Shown one piece after another: positions 49,348 to 59,338 of a stretch of DNA of 64,000 nucleotides. Under the pieces are notes generated by a model. That model was not told the origin of the DNA, searched no databases, and saw nothing but the letters and a program-made list of their open reading frames with translations. The stretch comes from an uncultured delta proteobacterium (lineage in GTDB: Bacteria > Desulfobacterota > Desulfobacteria > Desulfobacterales > B30-G6), in NCBI GenBank assembly GCA_963823335.1, contig CAWGLD010000001.1, forward strand, positions 1-64,000, read 5' to 3'. A program made the position numbers and the translations under genes. Numbering within the stretch: position 1 is the stretch's first letter; the number at the start of each line of letters is the position of its first letter.

Positions 49348-50100
49348 ATGCTATTAGCTACACTAATCAAAGCCAGCGTATTTTTAGGAAGGGCTCTTCT
49401 TGGGGCATCCCGTGACCTGGCACCCATCATCATCGTTATCGCGCTGTTCCAGGTCCTGGTCCTACATCAACCCTTCCCGGACTTTTTATCGATATTGGCC
49501 GGATTGGGACTGGTGATTGTTGGCTTAGCCCTTTTTGTGGTCGGTCTGGACATGGGTCTCTTTCCCCTGGGCGAAGCCCTGGCAGAAGAATTTGCACGTA
49601 AAGGCAGCCTCTTCTGGCTTTTGCTTTTCGCTTTTGCCTTAGGGACCGGAACCACCGTTGCCGAGCCGGCCCTGATAGCCGTCACACGCGAGGGGGCAAG
49701 AGCCGCCGCCGAGGCGGGACTTATTGACAATACCGTTACCGCGATAAAGCAATATGCGTTTGGCGTCCGTTTGACCGTGGCATTGTCCGTCGGCGCTGCA
49801 ATTGTTCTTGGGGTATTGCGAATTTTACGCGGTTGGTCCCTGCCAATTTTGATCGTCGGCGGCTACCTGCTGATTATGCTCATGACCGTGTTCGCACCAA
49901 AGGAGATCATAGGATTAGCGTATGATTCGGGCGGCGTCACCACCTCAACCGTTACAGTGCCACTCGTTACGGCCCTGGGTGTTGGACTCGCGCGCACCAT
50001 ACGCGGCAGAAGCCCATTGACGGACGGTTTTGGTCTCATCGCCCTGGCATCTCTTACGCCCATGATATTTGTGATGATTTACGGATTGATCGTCATTTAG
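49348..50100 (+). CDS. DUF1538 membrane protein
   Basis: TVAEPAL, AYDSGGVTT, DGFGLIA. Confidence 0.85.
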   Translation: MLLATLIKASVFLGRALLGASRDLAPIIIVIALFQVLVLHQPFPDFLSILAGLGLVIVGLALFVVGLDMGLFPLGEALAEEFARKGSLFWLLLFAFALGTGTTVAEPALIAVTREGARAAAEAGLIDNTVTAIKQYAFGVRLTVALSVGAAIVLGVLRILRGWSLPILIVGGYLLIMLMTVFAPKEIIGLAYDSGGVTTSTVTVPLVTALGVGLARTIRGRSPLTDGFGLIALASLTPMIFVMIYGLIVI

Positions 50101-50107
50101 GGGAAAT

Positions 50108-50866
50108 ATGGAAATACTTTTTAACCCCATACTGCTGCTGATGGCCACAGCCAAAGAAGTGCTTCCGGTTCTCGGGCTGCTGGTTATATTTCAAACCCTT
50201 GTGCTCAAGAAACCACTTCCCCAGCCGGGTAGAATCCTCTTTGGATTCGTTGCCGTTCTGGTCGGTATGACCTGCTTTCTCGGTGGCTTGGATTTGGCTC
50301 TTTTTCCCATTGGCAGAACCATGGCGCTTCAACTGGCTGAGAGCGCCCAGTACGGTGGTAAGGCAACCTGGACAGCTTATGGATGGGTCTATCTTTTTGC
50401 CTTTTTGATGGGTTTTTCCACCACCATAGCAGAGCCGTCCCTCATCGCGGTGGCCCACAAGGCACATGAAGCCTCACGCCAGGCAATTTCATCCTGGGGC
50501 TTACGTATTGCAGTTGCTATCGGGGTTGGCTTCGGTATAACATTGGGTACCTTTCGTATCGTCACAGGTTCACCGCTGTATCTTTATATTATGGCTGGAT
50601 ATGTGGTGGTTATCATTCAAACCGCATTTGCACCCCGGATGATTATTCCATTGGCTTATGATTCCGGTGGTGTGACGACATCTACGGTAACCGTTCCACT
50701 GGTTGCAGCCCTTGGTTTGGGGCTGGCCTCCAGCGTTCCGGGCCGAAGTGTCGTTATGGATGGATTCGGGCTCATCGCGTTTGCCAGTCTGTTTCCAATC
50801 ATCAGCGTTTTGGGCTACGCCCAACTGGTTCAGTGGAGAGTGCAACGGAAAGCCCGTAAAACCTAA
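50108..50866 (+). CDS. DUF1538 membrane protein, second copy
   Basis: TIAEPSL, AYDSGGVTT, DGFGLIA. Confidence 0.85.
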   Translation: MEILFNPILLLMATAKEVLPVLGLLVIFQTLVLKKPLPQPGRILFGFVAVLVGMTCFLGGLDLALFPIGRTMALQLAESAQYGGKATWTAYGWVYLFAFLMGFSTTIAEPSLIAVAHKAHEASRQAISSWGLRIAVAIGVGFGITLGTFRIVTGSPLYLYIMAGYVVVIIQTAFAPRMIIPLAYDSGGVTTSTVTVPLVAALGLGLASSVPGRSVVMDGFGLIAFASLFPIISVLGYAQLVQWRVQRKARKT

Positions 50867-50873
50867 AGTGAGC

Positions 50874-50950
50874 GTTTCAAATTTTAAGAATATTGGATTT
50901 AGAAATATTTTCAAAGGATTTGATCCATTTGGATTCTTAAAATTTGAAAC
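50874..50950. repeat. 18-bp perfect inverted repeat; TGAGCGTTTCAAATT also occurs at 173 and 3515
   Basis: gtttcaaattttaagaat / attcttaaaatttgaaac. Confidence 0.6.
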
Positions 50951-51148
50951 CCGTTGGGATTGTCGATCTTACCGCATCTACGGTGTCAGATGCCATTCCG
51001 CATAGACCACTATAGCGAAATAGCATCTTCCTTGTATCTACGGCAACCTCGACAATCGCTCAATTTAGGTAAAAACAAACAAAGTACTGCCCGAGTATAA
51101 GTGCAAAGCTAAAATATGGAAGGAATCGGGCGAAAGTGATGGCGCGCA

Positions 51149-51472
51149 ATGGTGTATAAATGCATACTCGCAATGGTGAAGCCGGACTTGACCGGTATGG
51201 TCGTCGATTCTGCTAAAGAAGTAGGTGCCACCGGAGCGACAATCATACCCGCTTCGGGCACAGGTGCCCATGAAGCGAAAACCTTTTTCGGCCTCAGCCT
51301 GGATATTCGCACGGATGTGGTTCTTTTTCTGGTGGACAATGAAATTGTTGAAGCGGTCCTATCTGCCATTCAAGAGGCCGGGCGGTTTAACGAACCCGGC
51401 ACGGGAATCGCTTTTGTGCTGGCTGTCGAGCAGACAGCCGGATTGGAAAGTCAGACGTCACCGCATCGGTAA
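51149..51472 (+). CDS. PII-like signalling protein
   Basis: GATGATII.ASGTG, PGTGIAFV; follows the DUF1538 pair. Confidence 0.8.
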   Translation: MVYKCILAMVKPDLTGMVVDSAKEVGATGATIIPASGTGAHEAKTFFGLSLDIRTDVVLFLVDNEIVEAVLSAIQEAGRFNEPGTGIAFVLAVEQTAGLESQTSPHR

Positions 51473-51562
51473 CGACCTGCACTTTTGCGTATTCCAAGAA
51501 CCGAAATGTGTTTAAACAGCTAGGATGCTGGAACGCTGCTGTCCGCTTATAGCTGTCAGCCA

Positions 51563-51629
51563 CCCTCCAACCCTTGTGTCACCCTCGGCCCCTCCAACCC
51601 TTGTATCACCCTCTGCCCCTCCAACCCTT
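51563..51629. repeat. 27-bp tandem repeat, 2.5 units
   Basis: ccctccaacccttgtRtcaccctcKgc units starting at 51563, 51590 and 51617. Confidence 0.75.
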
Positions 51630-51633
51630 CCCT

Positions 51634-53088
51634 TTACCCTTTGGAATCCATGAGCGCCTTGAGCTTCAAGGCCAGATCACTCATGGGCTCCGCCTTGGTG
51701 TTTTGTGAATAATTCTCCCAGCCGCCTTCTTCCGCTGCATCGCCCGGTACCAGGGTAATCTTCCGGTCCCGCACGTTTATCTCAGCCACGCTGACACTGA
51801 GCGACTCGCCGGGTTTGAGTTGTTCCAGATGACCGGGTTTTTCAGCCAGGTTGAATTTCGATTTCGGCAACAGACCGGTGATCCCCGGCACCAGCGTTAC
51901 GAAATATCCAAACGTTTCCTTGTGCTCCAGCGTTCCCGTGACGACCTGACCGACCTTGAAAGTGTCCGACACCTCGAGCCACGGGTCTCCCTGGGTGTCG
52001 CGCATACTGAGGGATATCCTGCGTTTCCTGGGGTCGATATCCTTGATCAATACAGAAACGCTTTCCCCCGGTGTCACCTCGTCTGCAGGTTTCACCACAC
52101 GCTTGACATAGCTCATTTCACTGATGTGAACCAGTCCTTCTATACCCGGTGCGATCTCCACAAATACACCGAAATCCATACAACGGGTCACCGTGCCGTT
52201 GACCTTGTCTCCAGAATTGAACTTTTCCGACACCTGGTTCCACGGATCTTCCGCCACCTGCTTCATGGAGAGAGAGATCTTTTTGGCGCCCTTCTTGTCG
52301 CTCCCCGTGATGCCGATGACCTTCACCAACACCCTGTCGTCGGCCTGGACCACCTGCTCGGGTTTTTCCACCCTGGACCAGCCCAACTCCGAAACATGTA
52401 CCATACCCTCCAGACCCGGAATCAGCTCGACAAATGCACCGTAAGGCATGAGTTTGGTGACACGCCCTTCCACAACATCGTCCTGCTTCAATGTGCTCAA
52501 GAAGGATGCTTTTTCTTTTTCCATGGCCTGGGCCAGTATCTTTCGCCGGGAAACCACGATGTTTTTTCCATTATCCTCAAACTGCGTAATCAGAAATTCA
52601 TATCCCTGGCCCACATAATCTTCCGGTGTTTCGACATATGCGACATCCATCTGGCTGATGGGACAAAACGCACGGCGGCGAAGGATTTCCACGTTGAACC
52701 CACCTTTGCAGGTGGCCTGTACTTTTCCTTCCACGGGAATGGCGCTCTGAAACGCTTCTCTCAACATTTCCACACCGCCGATACCGGAGATGGCCTTGGA
52801 AAGACGTATTTCATGCTCATCGCGCGCCACCACGTACAGCTCCAAGTCGTCACCTTCCGCAAACGGCAGGTTTCCTTCACTGTCCAACAGCTCTGCCCGA
52901 TCCACAATACCGTCCACCTTGGTGCCGATATCCAGAAAAATGGCGTCCTTTCCTATGGATATGATCTTGCCGGAAATCTTGTCGCCGAGTTCAAGATCGT
53001 CACTCATACCGGCGCTGTAGGATTCGAAAAGATCGGCAAAACTTTCTTCTTGCGGGTCATTGTTTTCATTTTCAATTTGGTCTGACAT
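51634..53088 (-). CDS. rpsA: 30S ribosomal protein S1-like protein (5 S1 domains, probably a paralogue)
   Basis: ESFADLFE, RAFCPISQMD, YGAFVEL..GLEGMVHVSE, FGVFVE..GLVHISE. Confidence 0.75.
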   Translation of the reverse strand: MSDQIENENNDPQEESFADLFESYSAGMSDDLELGDKISGKIISIGKDAIFLDIGTKVDGIVDRAELLDSEGNLPFAEGDDLELYVVARDEHEIRLSKAISGIGGVEMLREAFQSAIPVEGKVQATCKGGFNVEILRRRAFCPISQMDVAYVETPEDYVGQGYEFLITQFEDNGKNIVVSRRKILAQAMEKEKASFLSTLKQDDVVEGRVTKLMPYGAFVELIPGLEGMVHVSELGWSRVEKPEQVVQADDRVLVKVIGITGSDKKGAKKISLSMKQVAEDPWNQVSEKFNSGDKVNGTVTRCMDFGVFVEIAPGIEGLVHISEMSYVKRVVKPADEVTPGESVSVLIKDIDPRKRRISLSMRDTQGDPWLEVSDTFKVGQVVTGTLEHKETFGYFVTLVPGITGLLPKSKFNLAEKPGHLEQLKPGESLSVSVAEINVRDRKITLVPGDAAEEGGWENYSQNTKAEPMSDLALKLKALMDSKG

Positions 53089-53307
53089 GGTTCCACCCCA
53101 TAAAAGGTTAAAGAAATCTGATGATGGTTCACCTATATTTAACTAAACTCAGGCGATAGGTAGGCGAGGAAGCCGCTATTTGCAACAGTTTTTTGATTTT
53201 CAGGTCCAAAAAGACGTGTTTCGGTGTTTTTTCATGGATAGGGGAAGAAATCAGGCTTTGCTGCGAAGAAAGTGAATCTCCACACGCTTATAAACATGAG
53301 GATCTAC

Positions 53308-54306
53308 CTAACGCTTGAATCTTAAAATGAGGGGTTTTGTTGCTTTGGAATGGTCATCACCAGAATTATCAAATACGGCCATTGCGAAACCATACCGCTT
53401 TAAAGGGTTAAAAACCACATCATCCTCATGACCGGTATCCAGTTTTCTGGTGAACATTACGGTCCAAAAGCCATCCGCATAATGACTTTCAGCCTTCACG
53501 TCAAATCGAGATCCATCCGGCTTAACGGGCAATCGATAGGGAATGATGTCTCCAACTCCAAATTTATCATAATCTTGTATTTTTACAGCCTGCTCAAAAA
53601 GAAGGATACCGGGGATGGTGGGTTTTTTATCCGGATCCTGCATATATACGGGTCTTAATCCATTCATATCCTCATTTCTTATGTCTCCTCCGGTGCCGAA
53701 ATCTTTCCGTCTTCCTGTTTCGCGATAGGACCCGGATGGGTTCCCGGCCACGGTCAGCCATGCATCATCTGCATACCCATACGGAGCCGAACGAGCGGCT
53801 TTCCAATGCCATAAGTCACCTTTTTCCACATCGGTTCGTGTCGCGAACCGCCATTTTTCCTTGGGAATGTCAGGAGGACTGTGGCACGTAACCGCACACC
53901 CCCGCGTGGCAAATTTTTGAATTCGCGTCGTTTCGAACAGCAATGCAATCCGATCTTCATTGCCCTCCATATGGACCCATTCATTGCCATTAAACCGCCA
54001 TGATTGCTTGATAACACTGTGGGTTGCATCTCTCCATCTCAACCTGAAATACACGCTGTCATCCGTGTAGGCCGCTTGTGTAGACACAACACCATTGGTC
54101 ACGTCAACAATTTCCCTTCCCTGGACAGGGATATCGATCCCTTTAAAATTCTGCCAGATGGCATCGTCCAAGCCTTTTGGCGCTTGTACAAGGTGTTCCG
54201 CGCTGATCATCAATGTGTCGGCTGCCATGAGAAAATTCCTTCCTAAGGGCAGAAGAACCAAAACCAACGAAAAGAGAACCAGACAAAAAGATTTACCACA
54301 ACTCAT
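53308..54306 (-). CDS. Periplasmic EB_dh (DOMON-like) heme-binding protein
   Basis: Signal peptide, YFRLRWRD, NEDRIA, GCAVTCH, DLWHWKA, RKLDTG. Confidence 0.75.
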   Translation of the reverse strand: MSCGKSFCLVLFSLVLVLLPLGRNFLMAADTLMISAEHLVQAPKGLDDAIWQNFKGIDIPVQGREIVDVTNGVVSTQAAYTDDSVYFRLRWRDATHSVIKQSWRFNGNEWVHMEGNEDRIALLFETTRIQKFATRGCAVTCHSPPDIPKEKWRFATRTDVEKGDLWHWKAARSAPYGYADDAWLTVAGNPSGSYRETGRRKDFGTGGDIRNEDMNGLRPVYMQDPDKKPTIPGILLFEQAVKIQDYDKFGVGDIIPYRLPVKPDGSRFDVKAESHYADGFWTVMFTRKLDTGHEDDVVFNPLKRYGFAMAVFDNSGDDHSKATKPLILRFKR

Positions 54307-54339
54307 AACAAACCTCTACCTTGTGATTACACGCCCATG

Positions 54340-55404
54340 TTAATGTGCAGTGGTTCCAAAATGTTCAAAATAACCCATAAAGGACAGCGTCAGCAGAAGA
54401 ACCGCTATCGCTGCTGCCGGTATGATAGTTTTCAATCTCTTGGCAGGGTGACGCTCTGACGAACGATCAAGAAAGGGCAACAAAAGCACCAGCCCTGTCA
54501 GGCAGCCTGGAATAATCGCGGACCCCATCACCATTAACGGTCCCTTAAAAATCGCCACCAACTGGTTTAAAAATAAAACCCACCATTCTGGTCTGGGTAC
54601 AAAATTGGAATCGGTGGGATCCGCCGGGTCTCCAAACGAAGAGGGCCAATACCAGCTGATTAGGCCCAAGATCAATGTAACCATCAGAAACAACACCATA
54701 AATCGGCTTATAATGGTCGGGGTTGTCGTTTTCTTGGCGTCACCGTTACTTGTTAGCAGCAACTCCGCTAAACCGCGCCGATAAATAAAGTGGAAATGCA
54801 CAGCAATAAACAGCAATAACGCGCCCGGTAAAACGAGTATATGCAACACGTAAAATCGTGTCAGGGCAACGATACCGGTTAAAGATCCACCTTGAAGAAT
54901 CCGGGTCATGAAATCACCCACCAGTGGTACAGACGAAATAATACTTAGCCGCACCTGGGTAGACCAATATCCTTTCTGATCCCAGGGGAGCAGGTCCCCG
55001 GTGATGATAAACAAGGGAAAGATCATGAAGGTCAACACCCCGGACACCCACACCAGCTGTCTCGGGGACTTGTATGCCCCAGCAATCATCGCCCGCAGCA
55101 AATGCAGTCCCGACGTGATCAAGAGCAGGTTCCAGGCATAATGGTGAATACCCCTGATAACACTTCCGAAAGGAAGGTTGAAAATAGAATAATCAACGCT
55201 GTCATAAGCCGCTCCAGGAACAGGGGAGTAGTAAAAAGCCATGACCCCCCCGGACAACAACAGGAGTAGAATCAAAACCAGGATCAGCGAACCTGAAAAG
55301 CGGCGCCAGGAAAGAGCATTGTCGGAGACTTCAAATGTCCGAAGCCTGCCGACAAGCTCTTTCAATGCAAGAAATTCAAGTAATATATCAAACCGACTTG
55401 TCAC
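54340..55404 (-). CDS. Cytochrome b of a Rieske/cytb complex (b6-like + subunit IV-like in one chain)
   Basis: AYDSV, RGIHH..LHLLR, LPWDQKGYW, LTRFYVLH..VH, DPADP, RPEWW, LLPFLD. Confidence 0.9.
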   Translation of the reverse strand: MTSRFDILLEFLALKELVGRLRTFEVSDNALSWRRFSGSLILVLILLLLLSGGVMAFYYSPVPGAAYDSVDYSIFNLPFGSVIRGIHHYAWNLLLITSGLHLLRAMIAGAYKSPRQLVWVSGVLTFMIFPLFIITGDLLPWDQKGYWSTQVRLSIISSVPLVGDFMTRILQGGSLTGIVALTRFYVLHILVLPGALLLFIAVHFHFIYRRGLAELLLTSNGDAKKTTTPTIISRFMVLFLMVTLILGLISWYWPSSFGDPADPTDSNFVPRPEWWVLFLNQLVAIFKGPLMVMGSAIIPGCLTGLVLLLPFLDRSSERHPAKRLKTIIPAAAIAVLLLTLSFMGYFEHFGTTAH

Positions 55405-55548
55405 AATCTTCCCCTCGCATGGAGCTATTGGTCTTGGCGCTGGTGTTCCTTACGTTATAAACGCTCATTATCAAGTTCGAGCGGTTGTTCGACCTAATTT
55501 TCCATAGCAGTTTCGGAACATTATTCTGACAAACGCTATAACAAGCGG

Positions 55549-56538
55549 CTATCGTTTGAAACTCAGAGTGATAACTTCGGAATCATAAGAATTTTCATCT
55601 CCGGAATCATCAAACAATGCCAGAGCAAAGTTGTAATTCTTGCGCACATTAAAGGCAACATCGTCGTCATTGCCGGTGTCCAGTTTTCTATGAAGCAAGA
55701 CTGTCCAACCCCCATCCGCATAGCGGCTCACTGCCTTGATATCGGCCCTGGATCCTTCAGGCGGAGTGGGCATCTGGTACGTAAGCGTATCGCCTGCTTT
55801 GAATATGGAGTAATCACTTATTTCTACGATATCCGAAGCGAGCAGGATGCCGTCATCGGTAAGCTTTTTGCCGGGCGCCAGCATATATTTCGGTTTCGAT
55901 TTGTCCTCCGTCATATTTTTCTGGTCACCGCCCTTGCCTGCGTCGCTCTTTCGTCCGCCACCCTTTTCACCTATTTTTGTCAGCCATGTATCGTCGGCAA
56001 ATCCGGCAGGATCTGATCGAGCTGCTTTCCAGTGCCAGAGGTCACCTTTCTCCGCCTCTGTGGTTGTCCCGAATTTCCCTTCTGAGGCATTGGGCGCTCC
56101 GGATGGCACATGGCAGGTAATCGCACAACCTTTTGTGGCAAAGTTGTTGATTCGATTAATTTCAAAAAGTATCGATATGCGGTCTTCATTACCTTTCTGA
56201 TGGCTCCATTTCTCGCCATCGTACTGCCAGGCACCCTTCGTCAAGCTCTTTGTTGCATCGCTCCATTTGAAGAGGAAGTAGATGTCGTCATCGGAATAGA
56301 CTGCTTTGGTACTGACAGATGTTTTTTCCCCGGCAAATTTTTCCTTTCCATCAAAAGGAACAATAATTCCCTTGGCCTTTTCCCAGACGGCATCATCCAA
56401 CCCAGAAGGCCCTGATTTTACATGCTGTACAATCAAGGTCTCCTTGGACGCGCCGATGGCCTCATTTGACTTCATGAAAAATGCACCAAAAACCAGAATC
56501 GCACAAATCGTCAAGCTTACAATAAATTTTATGCCCAT
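55549..56538 (-). CDS. Periplasmic EB_dh heme-binding protein, paralogue
   Basis: NEDRIS, GCAITCH, DLWHWKAARS, RKLDTG. Confidence 0.75.
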   Translation of the reverse strand: MGIKFIVSLTICAILVFGAFFMKSNEAIGASKETLIVQHVKSGPSGLDDAVWEKAKGIIVPFDGKEKFAGEKTSVSTKAVYSDDDIYFLFKWSDATKSLTKGAWQYDGEKWSHQKGNEDRISILFEINRINNFATKGCAITCHVPSGAPNASEGKFGTTTEAEKGDLWHWKAARSDPAGFADDTWLTKIGEKGGGRKSDAGKGGDQKNMTEDKSKPKYMLAPGKKLTDDGILLASDIVEISDYSIFKAGDTLTYQMPTPPEGSRADIKAVSRYADGGWTVLLHRKLDTGNDDDVAFNVRKNYNFALALFDDSGDENSYDSEVITLSFKR

Positions 56539-56570
56539 GTTATTATCTCCTTTTTTGGGGGTCCATTATT

Positions 56571-57086
56571 TTAGAAGGATAGATAAACCAGCAAATTGCC
56601 TTCATTTATCTTATGTTCCAATGTTGACAACGCTCGTGTCGGCGGCCCAGCTACAGGCTTACCATCCGCATCAAATCTACCGGAATGACAGGGGCAATCA
56701 AAGGATTGTGTGTCGTCACGCCAGATCACATTACATGCCAGGTGGGTACAGGTTGATGAGAATATTTTGAATCGATCGTCTGCTTCCGCCCTAGCCCACA
56801 CAAATCCTCGTTGAGGCAGAACCAACCACCCATCTTTCACCATAAACTCATAGGCAAGCATCTGAAAGCCGGTCGCTTGAATATCTGTGGTTGCACCAAA
56901 ATCAACCCATTTTCCGGTTCCCTTTTTCATGGCAGGCGCGATGAGATAGGAAATTAGTGGAATACCGGTGAGGAATGAGGCGCAGCCCATCAATGTGGCA
57001 ACCTGGAGAAAGCCCCTCCGATCGGCCTTGATAGGTTCCGCTGACGACATTGCATCATTGGCAATGGCAATTTTGCCGCTGTTCAT
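56571..57086 (-). CDS. Rieske 2Fe-2S protein (start uncertain)
   Basis: Tat motif DRRGFL + TM; CTHLAC and CPCHSGRF. Confidence 0.9.
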   Translation of the reverse strand: MNSGKIAIANDAMSSAEPIKADRRGFLQVATLMGCASFLTGIPLISYLIAPAMKKGTGKWVDFGATTDIQATGFQMLAYEFMVKDGWLVLPQRGFVWARAEADDRFKIFSSTCTHLACNVIWRDDTQSFDCPCHSGRFDADGKPVAGPPTRALSTLEHKINEGNLLVYLSF

Positions 57087-57200
57087 TTGCTTGAGTCCTT
57101 CATCCATGGCAACAATTGAAACACTATAGAACTCCTGAGGCATATCGATTGCTTATTGAATGGCAATACACCTCATAGTAAACACCGTATATGAGTGAAT

Positions 57201-57216
57201 GTGAAAAAAACGTGAA
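57201..57216 (-). promoter_or_regulatory. ColR-type binding box upstream of the Rieske operon
   Basis: TTCACGTTTTTTTCAC, followed by a TACTAT -10-like hexamer at 57175-57180. Confidence 0.65.
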
Positions 57217-57300
57217 CTTAGTGTAAAATGTTTGTGAATTTTAGCGATGAGAGGTTATTTATGAGGAAAAAACGGGAAATGCTTTGGTTAGCAGACAATT

Positions 57301-58635
57301 CTATTGTGGCATACTATCACTCAAATCCTTGGGATGCGGCGCAGATGAACTGCTTGCGGACTGAAAAAACAATGATACTTTTGTCCCTTTCCCCAGATCA
57401 CTTTCTATTTGAAAGCGCCAGCCGAACCGATCACATAGCCTACTCACAATAGACAGACCCAGTCCATATCCTTGACTGCTTTCTCCCCTGGAATATGGTT
57501 GGGTTACCCTGTCTAATTCACAAGGATCAATGCCCTCACCTGTGTCTGTGATAGATACGCTGTCACCACAGACCTGTATGGAAATCGTTCCATTCAGGGT
57601 GTGATGGAAAGCATTGTTAATCAAATTGGTGATAACCGCCCTCAATACAGGAGGTGGCGCGTTGAGAATGGGTTGGGCCTCTTGTACAAAGTGTATTTTG
57701 ATCGACTTGTCGGCAAGAAGATGACGCTTTTGTTTGACGACATCCTGAATCACGGGTACAACAGCACATATCTGGCTGGAATCGATTGTTAATCTTTCTC
57801 TTCCCAACCAGAGGAAGGTTTCTATAATGTTTTCCATGTTTGCCACCGCACGTGAAATACGCTGCACAGGTCTATAAACCGACCGCTCTTCCATAGCAGA
57901 TTGCTTCTTCAATATTTCAACCGCTCCCTTGATCACCGTAACCGGGGTCCTCAATTCATGACTGGCATCCCTTGTAAATTTTTTCTCCCGTTTGATAAAT
58001 GCGTCTACCCTTGTCATGGCCGTTTCCAGTGTTTTTGCAAGAAGTCCGACCTCATCATTTGAGAAAGATCCGTGAAGATCCATCGGCAGCTTTTCCGGGC
58101 CGGATTCCCTAACCTGTTCTGAAAGATAGACAACCGGTGCGATGATTTTTCGGGATGTCATCATTCCGATCCATATGGCCAACACAACAATCAGGATGAC
58201 GCCAATGCTGAGAACAATACCGATATAGAGTTTCCGGGTTTCCGTGAATTCAAGGGCACTTACGTTGTAAAGCATATACAGCGGCTCCGTTCGATTCGGG
58301 TATAGCTTTACCGCGACATGGTACTCAATTCCCTGGTAATATTTTTCATGAATACCTTCGCTGATACCCTCGACCATCGATGCTGCAAAGTCCGGCATCG
58401 ACTTACTACCGGCGTATACATTTATATGAGACGAATTGGGCGATAAAAGACCGGCGTGTTCTTGATATTGAAGCCCTACACGAGCCATTTCTTCAGACAG
58501 ACGACTATCGATCATTTTGTCATCGATAAAGTCCAGAGAGATATATATGACCAAAGAAAAAATAATTCCGAGTCCTGTACCGAACAGACAGAATGTAAAA
58601 ACAATTCGCTTCCGAAGACTATGACGAAATTTCAT
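57301..58635 (-). CDS. HAMP sensor histidine kinase, ColS-like
   Basis: MKFRHSLRKRI, EFTE just before TM2, DASHELRTP, GYGLGL. Confidence 0.85.
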   Translation of the reverse strand: MKFRHSLRKRIVFTFCLFGTGLGIIFSLVIYISLDFIDDKMIDSRLSEEMARVGLQYQEHAGLLSPNSSHINVYAGSKSMPDFAASMVEGISEGIHEKYYQGIEYHVAVKLYPNRTEPLYMLYNVSALEFTETRKLYIGIVLSIGVILIVVLAIWIGMMTSRKIIAPVVYLSEQVRESGPEKLPMDLHGSFSNDEVGLLAKTLETAMTRVDAFIKREKKFTRDASHELRTPVTVIKGAVEILKKQSAMEERSVYRPVQRISRAVANMENIIETFLWLGRERLTIDSSQICAVVPVIQDVVKQKRHLLADKSIKIHFVQEAQPILNAPPPVLRAVITNLINNAFHHTLNGTISIQVCGDSVSITDTGEGIDPCELDRVTQPYSRGESSQGYGLGLSIVSRLCDRFGWRFQIESDLGKGTKVSLFFQSASSSSAPHPKDLSDSMPQ

Positions 58636-59338
58636 TAGACCTCCCCAAACAATATCCAACACCACGAACCGTTTGAAGAAGAGGTGTGCTAAATGGCCTG
58701 TCTATGGCACGTCGCAGTGCATAAATATGGCTGCGCAAGGCATCACTTTCAGGGGGCAAATCACCCCACAGTGCATATTCGATTTCTTTTCGCTCAACGA
58801 CATTGGGGTAGGCTTTCATTAGCATTGCAAGAAGGTTTAAACAGGTACGATTCAACTCGATGAGTTTCCCGGACCTTCGAACCTTCATGGTTCCCAAATC
58901 CAGTTCCAGATCAGCCACATGAAATTGTTTTTCAGTTAAATCAATACCCCGGCGAACGATCGCATTAATTCTTGCCGAAAGCTCTTTTAGGGCAAAAGGC
59001 TTAACTAGATAATCATCCGCTCCGGAATCAAAACCAGCGAGCTTGTCATCGAGGGTGTCACGAGCGGTCAGCATCAGAATAGGGGTTTGTTTTCCACCCT
59101 CTTTTCTGAGTTTTCTACAAAAAGTGAGTCCATCCATTCCCGGTAGCATGACATCCAATATGATCGCATCATAATCCTGGGTCAATGCCAGGTGCAACCC
59201 ACCGATGCCATCCATGGCAAAATCCAGTTGATGCCCACCGGCTTCCATGAAATCCGCAATATTTTCAGCGATATCGATGTTGTCCTCCACAACAAGGATA
59301 CGTAAAAGACTTTTCTGTTTAAAGGCTGACAATTCCAT
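58619..59338 (-). CDS. OmpR-family response regulator, ColR-like
   Basis: DGIGGLHLA, LTARDTLDDK, LWGD.PPESDALRSHIYALR.AIDRPF..PLLQTVRGVGY. Confidence 0.9.
   Translation of the reverse strand: MELSAFKQKSLLRILVVEDNIDIAENIADFMEAGGHQLDFAMDGIGGLHLALTQDYDAIILDVMLPGMDGLTFCRKLRKEGGKQTPILMLTARDTLDDKLAGFDSGADDYLVKPFALKELSARINAIVRRGIDLTEKQFHVADLELDLGTMKVRRSGKLIELNRTCLNLLAMLMKAYPNVVERKEIEYALWGDLPPESDALRSHIYALRRAIDRPFSTPLLQTVRGVGYCLGRSNEISS

Noticed and set aside
51563-51629. Mini CRISPR array
   Set aside because: Units are contiguous tandem repeats without unique spacers; no cas genes.
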